This document shows, piece after piece, positions 56,226 to 64,000 of a stretch of 64,000 nt of DNA (positions are counted from its first letter, which is position 1; each line of letters starts with the position of its first letter). The DNA comes from Cyanophora paradoxa CCMP329. Lineage: Eukaryota; Plantae; Glaucophyta. Both the position numbers and the translations under genes were made by a program. The notes beneath the pieces were generated by a model. It saw only the letters and a list, made by a program, of their open reading frames with translations, made no database searches and was not told where the DNA came from. Location of the stretch: contig QPMI01000032.1 in NCBI GenBank assembly GCA_004431415.1, forward strand, positions 116,251 through 180,250. The letters are read 5' to 3'.

Positions 56226-57183
56226 GTGGCCCCAACGCCGAAGCGGAAATGCGGGCGTCGAGGCAAAGCAGAAGGTGCGCGTCGATCGCCTCGAGCTTCT
56301 GCAATCGCAGATATCGATATCGATCGCGAGCGCTTTTTTGCAGCGAGTTCGCTCTCGCTGGAAACGCTGCCGGACGACGTTCTCTGGCAAGTGCTCGAGC
56401 ACCTCGGAGCAGCGGACGCCTTCGACTCGCTGGCGGGCGCGCGCGAGCCGCCGCCTGCGGGACCTCGTCCGTGGCCACGGCACTTGGAGCTCGCTTTCGC
56501 TGCCGTGGCCCTACTTCCGCAAGCACCTCGGGCAATTGCGGCACGAGGAGGAAAAGAAGTGGCCGATCGTCAGCCCGCGGCGAATTCTGGAGGCCTGGGC
56601 GGCGCGGGTGGAGAAGGGCCTCGTGAAGGTGCGCTCGAGCTCGCACGTGCGTCGGACGCGAAAAGCTTCGGCGTTCCATGGCCATGACTTCACTGCAGGC
56701 GCGGTCCTTTCAGGTGGACACGACGATCGATGGGAAGACGTGGACCCGGACCTCTACGGAGACGACTTATACATTGACATTGAGGAGAAGTACGGGACGG
56801 ATCTGGACGTGATGTGCGACGTCGACTCGCCACACCCGAACAAGTACAACAATTACGGCAGCTCCGAGTTCTGGGGCCGGGCTGTCCCTTCCTCCGCTTC
56901 CTTCGCCACATGGGCCCGAGCTGCAGAGCATCTCCATCACCCACGGCGGCGTGCGCCCATTGATTACGACTGTCTGCGCGAATTTTTGAATCGATCGCGA
57001 TTTCGCTTAAGCCTGTTTCGTGAATCAGATCTCGCCTCCGTACGGTCTCTCTCCGGTCCTGAATGCCAGCTGGGGGCCGACTACGACTACAGGATGCTCT
57101 GGGAGGCGGAGGAAAAGGCAAGCTGCGAGCTCCTTAAAATTAGGCCTTTTCTTGACCGAAAACGGTACCGGTGCAGGCTCTGA
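56226..57183 (+). pseudogene. Host F-box protein gene with GT-AG introns (frameshift near 56440; boundaries approximate)
   Basis: LETLPDDVLWQVLEHLGAADAFDSLAGA/SRRLRDLV F-box; candidate introns GTGCGC...CAG at 56275-56343 and 56629-56697. Confidence 0.6.
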
Positions 57184-59151
57184 TGGGCAGGCTAGCGCTG
57201 TACGTGGCCGCGCTCCTGGCGCAGCTCGCGCCTCTCGGCTCCACCCTTCAGAGCTTCTCGATCCGCCTCTGCGGGGAGCCGCCTCGCGCCGGTGCGGATG
57301 CGCATGCGATACCGTAGAAGTTCTCGAGACCTTTCGCTGTTTTCCCTGGCTGAGCTGGGCCGGGGGCGCGACGCATGCAGTCAAAAGCTATCCCATTCGA
57401 GGGAGTTCGTGTGCTTTGTTCGCAAAATTGCGCACTCGAGCTCGTTGTCACATTTCGCGCAGTCTAGTCCTGCAGGGGTCACTGGCGCGAGCTGAAGCCG
57501 GCCCTCGCCCCTTTCTCCGCCCTCCGCCGCCTCCACATCTACGCCGTACACCTCCTCGAAGCCGAGGAGCTGCGCACCGTCGGCGCCGCGCTGCCGGCCC
57601 TCCGCGAGCTCGGCACCTGGTGCAAAGGGGACGAGAAGAGGGGCGCAGTCGACCCCGCGGCGCGCCTCTCCCCCCTTCAGGAGCTCATCCCGAGCCTTGA
57701 AGCGGTGCCTTGAGCTTTTCGAATTACGGACTAGATTATCATCTCCCATCAGCGAGATCAAAGAATACGGGGACATATACTAGACTCGCGCCCAGTGATA
57801 TCGATACGCCCCGGCCCCTTTAGTTTTACAGACTGTGACCCCGTCGACGTCGTGTCGCGATCATGAGCCGCTGCACGGCCTCCAATTGCCCAAATTACAA
57901 TTGCAAGCTGCCTCGTGCATTCGCCCCCCTGTGGCGAGCCGCCCTAGGCCTTTCGCCGCGCTTTGCGGCCTCCCTAGCTATATATAGGCCTCGGCCTGCC
58001 CCTTCTCCGGATCCCCTCCTCCCGTTTCCCCCATTAATCACAGCAAGGTCGTTAATTCCTTGCTCCCCCTCTCTCCGCATATGATTGCGGGGGCGGGCGG
58101 CCGCGGGGCGGGTGGGGAGGCGGGGCGGGGTAATGTATGGCGGGGGCGGGCGGGGCGGCGGGGGCGGGGCCCGAGGCCGGCGGCCGGCGGCCGCGGCCCC
58201 GACCTAATTGCGATCTAACTGAGTCGTCGACCTAATTGCAATTAGATCGCAATCAGGTCCTTGCAATTGGATCGCAATTAGGTCCTTATGCCCATTTTAT
58301 TGTCGGAATTTAGTCGGGGCGATCCAATATATTAAGTCTCAGTTAGGTCGTAATTAGATCAGTTGACGTTCGGACCCCTTTTTACTAGTGATCATGAGAA
58401 GGAGCCGTCGGGGCGGGGGAGCAGCGCCGAGACGGTTTCCGCGTCCTGCTTCGAATTCTATGTCAAATTTTGTCAAATTTGTCAAATGCGCCCAGCAGCA
58501 GGCGTAGAACAATTAGAACCTTTCCTTGGCCCGCAGACCCTGCGGCCAGCTTTCAGAGGAGTCCGCTCTTTCTCTCTTTTATTTTCTTTCCACGGACCGC
58601 TGCCTTTCTTTCACTTTCTTAGCAAACGTCTCATACCTTTTTTCGGGCCTGGCCCCTAGCCCGGTGCACCAGATTGTTTAGCACAGTCGGCTGCTAGCGG
58701 GGCTGCGCCCCCTCCCTTGAACAACTACAGCTAGTTCTCTTGTATGGGCCCAGCCCACTGCTTTCACGAAGGCTTTTTTGAGATTTTTGCCTTCGGCCCT
58801 GCAACTTAGACTAGAGATTAGATAGGCCTAAGCCTGGATGTGGGGGGGGGGGGGGGGGGGGGGGAGGGGCGGGGGGAGGGGGGCGGCGGGGCTAGGAAGA
58901 GGGTGCCCGCATAGGTAAGGACGCGCCCGCTCAGGACCCCTCGGCGGCGACGGGAGCGGAGGAGGTAAAAACAAATTTAAATCACAGGCATTCACGTTCA
59001 GCTACAGACTGCAAGCGCATGCGCAGCTGCACTGTCTCCTGCACAGTGCCTGCACTGCGGCAGCTACAAATTTCCTACAATTACTACTAGTATATATATA
59101 GGCTACTTGGCTTAGTAGGCTGCACATATCGTTGCAGGATTACTACGTATA

Positions 59152-59568
59152 CCGTACGTGTAACACTTAAGTAATTAATGCGGGCACTTTAGTATTTTTT
59201 TGAGAGACTACGGAAGGGCAAACCCCCCGTATAGGTACTACGGTAGTAAAATTAAAAATCGACAAAGCAATCACAAATCAAAGATAGTCGTAGGCAATCG
59301 CGATCGCAAGACGTATATACGCATAAGAACTAGGGATCACGACGAGGGACAATGCGGTCCCAAATTAATGCGTTTTTCGCTGTCAAAACGCATTAATTTG
59401 GGACCGCATTAATATCGAAACGCTAAGAAAGTGCTGTATGTACCCCCTTACAGCAGCCAAAAGGCTTAAGCTTCAAAACGCATTAATTCGGTGCCACATT
59501 ATTATCAATACCAGGGTCCGGGTCCAAAAACGCATTTATTACTGGCGCATTAATTAAGTGTTACACGG
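59152..59568. mobile_element. MITE with TA flanks and an internal perfect hairpin
   Basis: CCGT(ACGT)GTAACACTTAA ... TTAAGTGTTACACGG; 26-bp-arm palindrome at 59351-59410. Confidence 0.65.
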
Positions 59569-59776
59569 TAGTATACTAGTAGCCTAGTAGCTAGTATTGG
59601 TAGTATGGTACTAGCGCAGAAAACAAAATCCGACCGTCGACCGATGATATCGATCGTGTCTTTGGCACTTCCGGGATCACGGCGGGATCGGATATCGAAT
59701 CATATTAACGATACCGTAATACACATATATTATGTCATGCAAATTTATGTCGTTTTAAACCCGAGCCTTCAGACTC

Positions 59777-61366
59777 TTTCTACATGCATCATTGAATTGT
59801 CCTTCTAACCCAGGGCATGCGCAGAGCCGGCTCTGCCTTCGCGTACGCGTGCGCCTCGGGCGCGTCGCCGTGACGCGACGACGGTAATGGTGGCCACTCC
59901 GCCCCGGACGCCCCGTGCGCCACGCCGCGCTCGCGCCATCCCTTCCCCGCGCCGGGCCCCGCGGCGCTCCTCTGAGGCGGCGGACAGGCCGCGGCGGCTG
60001 TGGTGAGCGGGCGGCTGTGGTGAGCAGGCAGGCCTCGCGGCCTCCGCCCAGCAGCTCATCGCCGCCTCCGCCTCGGCGTCGGCGTGTGCGCGCCGGCCCC
60101 CGCCCCGGCCTCCGCCCCCGGCGCTTGCTGAGAAACAAGCCGCAGGCCGGCGGGCGCGGGGCGCTGCGGCTCATGGAGGTGGCGGCGCTCGTCCTCGCCG
60201 CCGCCCTCAAGGCCGGCAACGAGCGCCTGTGCGCCGGCCGCCCGCCCGCCCCCGCCCCCGCCCCGCCGCCTCGCCTGAGGGCGCGGGTGCCCAGCAGCCT
60301 GACGATGCGGCGGACAAGTACGCGAGGCTCTTCGCGCACGCCGACGCCCCGCGGCCCTCGCCCTGCAGCTCCTCCACCGCCACCGCGTCGACTCCCCGCT
60401 CCTCGCGCCCCACCGCCACCCCGCCCGCTTCTCCCTCGTCGCCCTCCTCGGCCTGCCCCGCCCCGCCCGCTCGTCCCTCGCGGGCCTGACGGGCGGGCGG
60501 GACAGATCCCGGGCGGCCTCCTTCACGTCCCTCTTCCGGGCGCACGCGGCCGGCGCCTGAGACCGCGCCATCGCCATGCAGGCGCCCGGACCCCTCCGCC
60601 CCGCCCCCCGCCCCGCCCGCCCCGCGCCCTCTGACGGAGCCGCAGGGCGCGCCCCCGCCGCCCTCCCTGCCCTCGTACACATCCCCGAACTCCTCTCTTC
60701 CCTCGTCTCCAGTGCGCCGTACCCCTCCGAACCCGGCGCGGCGCCTCGTACCCCGCCCGACGCCGGCGCCGCTCCGGCAGACGCGCCTCTGGTGGCCGGC
60801 TCGGCGACCTCTTCCACGAGCTCCCAGCCGCGCCAGCGAGCTCCCCAGCCACGCAGCAGCCCGTACCCCCCCCAACTGGACTCGCGTACCCCCTCAACCC
60901 CGGGCGCGCAGGCGATGTACAGGGCGCTGCTGGAGGTGCTGGGGCCCGGTACCCCCAGACGTCGGTCAGCCTGCCTGGCCGCGCCGTCGTCCTCCCGAGC
61001 CCCCCATGGCGCCCCCGCCGCGCGCCGCTGGCGCGCTGCAGCGCGCCGGCTGCGCCGCCGGCTGGCGCCGCCGGGCTGCACGGCGCCGCACGGGCCCGAG
61101 GGCGCATCCCAGCGAAACACGCTGCTCAACTGTCCGTGCGAGCTTTCTCGCCCCGCCCCTCCCCCCTCCCCCCCTAGCTTGCTTCGTCCGCCGTTTTTTG
61201 GAGCGGATCCAACGCTGCCGTTTTTTCGCCCCCCCCCCCCCCCCCCCTCTGCCGTTTTTTGGAGCGGAACCAACGCTGACGCTGGCCGTGCAGCACGCAT
61301 CCGCCGGCAAAGAGCTCTACTGTGCGTCGCCCCGGCCCTCCACTGAATGAAATGACTGACTGAATT
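59777..61366 (+). repeat. GC-rich host repeat, copy 1 (at least 1.6 kb)
   Basis: Colinear direct repeat of 62407-64000, differing mainly by 1-nt indels. Confidence 0.9.
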
Positions 61367-62406
61367 CGACTGGCGGTGCAGTGGGTTAGACGTTGCTCTA
61401 GCTGCAGCAACGGCGGCCGGGGAGGCTGATCGCGGTGCCGTCCCTGCCCCGCCCACCCGAGCATGCGCAGCGGCTTCTGACGGTGCCGCGCCTCTTGGGC
61501 CAGGAAGCTGGCGGAAGCCCGGAGCCAGTGACCATCGCTGTTCCAGCCTGGCTAGCGGATCACACGTACGCCCGTACCCCTTCCGCGGCATCAATATATA
61601 ACCCCTCCCCGCTCATTCTCTCCGCACTACAGGCAGGAAGCAGCGAAGCAGAGAGCAGCGCGCGCCCGAGTTCTTCAGCAGCGACGTCGACCGGCCGAGA
61701 GGAAGTCAATTTGATCCGTCATATAGGGGCAGGAAAGCATGTAGAAAGCGTTTCAGGAAGCATTTTTAGATCAGTGTAGATGCGCTATAATGTCTGAGCA
61801 GCGTTTGGTAGTCGGCAACCCGAAAATTCGGTCTGCCAGCTGCCATACAAACCCAACCACAGGTGGTTGGGAATGTATGGCAGTTGGCAAGCGAGGGGTA
61901 CGGGGAAATCCGTGCAAATCGGGCGAGAATTGTGTTAATTTACGACAAAATTAAAACATAAAATAGACCGAATTACCTAATTTTGGGGGGAGAAACACGA
62001 AAATTGCGCTATTTTATCGAAATTTCGGCTCCCCCCCCGATCAAAATCCCCACCGTGTGGCACCAAATTAAAATATTGAGCACGAAATTGGCCACTTCCT
62101 AGCGCGAGCTCTAGGTCGCCGGGCCGGCGCTCCTCGCCCAGGCGCGTACAGACTCCGCGCATGTTCCAACGCCTTCATAGACATATATATAAGATAGAGC
62201 ACCCTGTGAAACTTCAGAATCCGGGTTCTCAATAGTAGGCGGGCTTAGCGCGAAATTGCCTAGGGCGGCATCGAACCCGGGTTGTTCCATTCCAACAGAA
62301 TTCTTGAAGTTCGGGTACCTTAGCGGACTTAACAATAGGTAGCTAGCGACTCCGTGACGGGCCGGAGGTTCCTAGCGATCTTAGCTGGGTTTATGAGAAG
62401 GCTCTA

Positions 62407-64000
62407 TTTCTACATGCATCATTGAAGTTGTCCTTCTAACCCAGGGCATGCGCAGAGCCGGCTCTGCCTTCGCGTACGCGTGCGCCCTCGGCGCGTCGCC
62501 GTGACGCGACGACGGTAATGGTGCCACTCCGCCCGGACGCCCCGTGCGCCACGCCGCGCTCGCGCCATCCTTCCCCCGCGCCGGGCCCCGCGCGCTCCTC
62601 TGAGGCGGCGGACAGGCCGCGGCGGCTGTGGTGAGCGGGCGGCTGTGGTGAGCAGGCAGGCCCTCGCGGCCTCCGCCCAGCAGCTCATCGCCGCCTCCGC
62701 CTCGGGCGTCGGCGTGTGCGCGCCGCCCCCGCCCGGCCTCCCGCCCCCGGCGCTTGCTGAGAAACAAGCCGCAGGCCGGCGGGCGCGGGGCGCTGCGGCT
62801 CATGGAGGGCGGCGCTCGTCCTCGCCGCCGCCCTCAAGGCCGGCAACGAGCGCCTGTGCGGCCGCCCGCCCCCCCCCGCCCCCGCCCCCCCCCGCCCTCG
62901 CCCTGAGGGCGCGGGTGCCCAGCAGCCTGACGATGGCGGCGGACAAGTACGCAGGCTCTTCGCGCACGCCGACGCCCCCGCGGCCCTCGCCCTGCAGCTC
63001 TCCACCGCCACCGCGTCGACTCCCCGCTCCTCCCGCCCCCACCGCCCACCCGCCCGCTTCTCCCTCGTCCCCTCCTCGGCCTGCCCGCCCCGCCCGCTCG
63101 TCCCTCGCGGGGCCTGACGGGGCGGGGCGGGGACAGATCCCGGGGCGGCCTCCTTCACGTCCCTCTTCCGGGCGCACGCGGCCGGCGCCTGAGACCGCGC
63201 CATCGCCATGCAGGCGCCCGGACCCTCCCGCCCCGCCCCCGCCCCGCCCCCCCGCGCCCTCTGACGGAGCCGCAGGGCGCGCCCCCGCCGCCCCTCCCTG
63301 CCCTCGTACACATCCCCGAACTCCTCTTCCCTCGTCTCCAGTGCGCCGTACCCCTCCGAACCCGGCGCGGCGCCTCGTACCCCGCCCCGACGCCGGCGCC
63401 GCTCCGGCAGACGCGCCGCTGGTGGCCGGCTCGGCGACCTCTTCCACGAGCTCCCCAGCCGCGCCAGCGAGCTCCCCAGCCACGCCAGCAGGCCCGTACC
63501 CCCCCAACTGGACTCGGCGTACCCCCTCAACCCCGGGCGCGCAGGGCGATGTACAGGGCGCTGCTGGAGGTGCTGGGGGCCCGGTACCCCCCAGGACGTC
63601 GGTCAGGCCTGCCTGGCCGCCGCCGTCGTCCTCCCGAGCCCCCCATGGGCGCCCCCGCCGGCGCGCCGCGGCGCGCTGCAGCGCCGCCGGCTGGCGCCGC
63701 CGCTGGCGCCGCGGCTGCACGGGCGCGCCACGGCCCGAGGGCGCATCCCAGCGAACACGCTGCTCAACTGTCCGTGCGAGCTTTCTTCGCCCCGCCCTCC
63801 CCCTCCCCCCCTAGCTTGCTTCGTCCGCCGTTTTTGGAGCGGATCCAACGCTGCCGTTTTTTCGCCCCCCCCCCCCCCCCTCTGCCGTTTTTTGGAGCGG
63901 AACCAACGCTGACGCTGGCCGTGCAGCACGCATCCGCCGGCAAAGAGCTCTACTGTGCGTCGCCTCCGGCCCTCCACTGAATGAAATGACTGACTGAATT
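62407..64000 (+). repeat. GC-rich host repeat, copy 2 (runs off the window end)
   Basis: Direct repeat of 59777-61366. Confidence 0.9.

Noticed and set aside
58842-58890. Poly-G tract as a functional G-quadruplex
   Set aside because: Simple homopolymer in a GC-rich host with no supporting context; its length is unreliable
59755-63980. Long ORFs on both strands in the GC-rich repeat
   Set aside because: Frames are not conserved between the two copies and carry no recognisable motifs

Overview
Eukaryotic DNA: a very GC-rich host background (an intron-containing F-box gene, several MITEs, a 1.6-kb duplicated repeat) carrying three AT-rich integrated Polinton-like virus (PLV/Maverick-type) genomes. 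PLV-A (76-25509) has 337-bp TIRs, AG...CT ends and a 6-bp TSD GATCAT. Its replication gene is interrupted twice: by a complete sister virus, PLV-B (8074-19315; 243-bp TIRs, AG...CT ends, 5-bp TSD TCACC), and by a 2.8-kb GC-rich retroposed insert (4569-7390; 14-bp TSD, oligo-A tail). A and B are syntenic ~11.3-kb genomes encoding an rve integrase with an apparent DDD triad, a single ~1400-aa [N-domain + PolB-like palm + SF1 helicase + HNH-like] protein, an ~85-aa basic protein, a basic core-like protein, penton, major capsid protein and packaging ATPase, with no recognisable protease. PLV-C (~28781-55828) is larger. It encodes a canonical pPolB with a degenerate exonuclease, integrase, primase-D5 helicase, MCP, two pentons, ATPase, a giant fibre with an S74 chaperone, a patatin-discoidin lipase and an S-adenosylmethionine decarboxylase, and it has atypical, locally palindromic ends. 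The small and large viruses share a promoter motif, non-coding blocks, the ~85-aa protein and the N-terminus of their replication proteins, which suggests a linked (possibly helper/satellite) PLV system. Many frameshifts, mostly in PLV-C, look like single-base losses and may be assembly errors. All protein calls are motif-based by eye; no searches were run.
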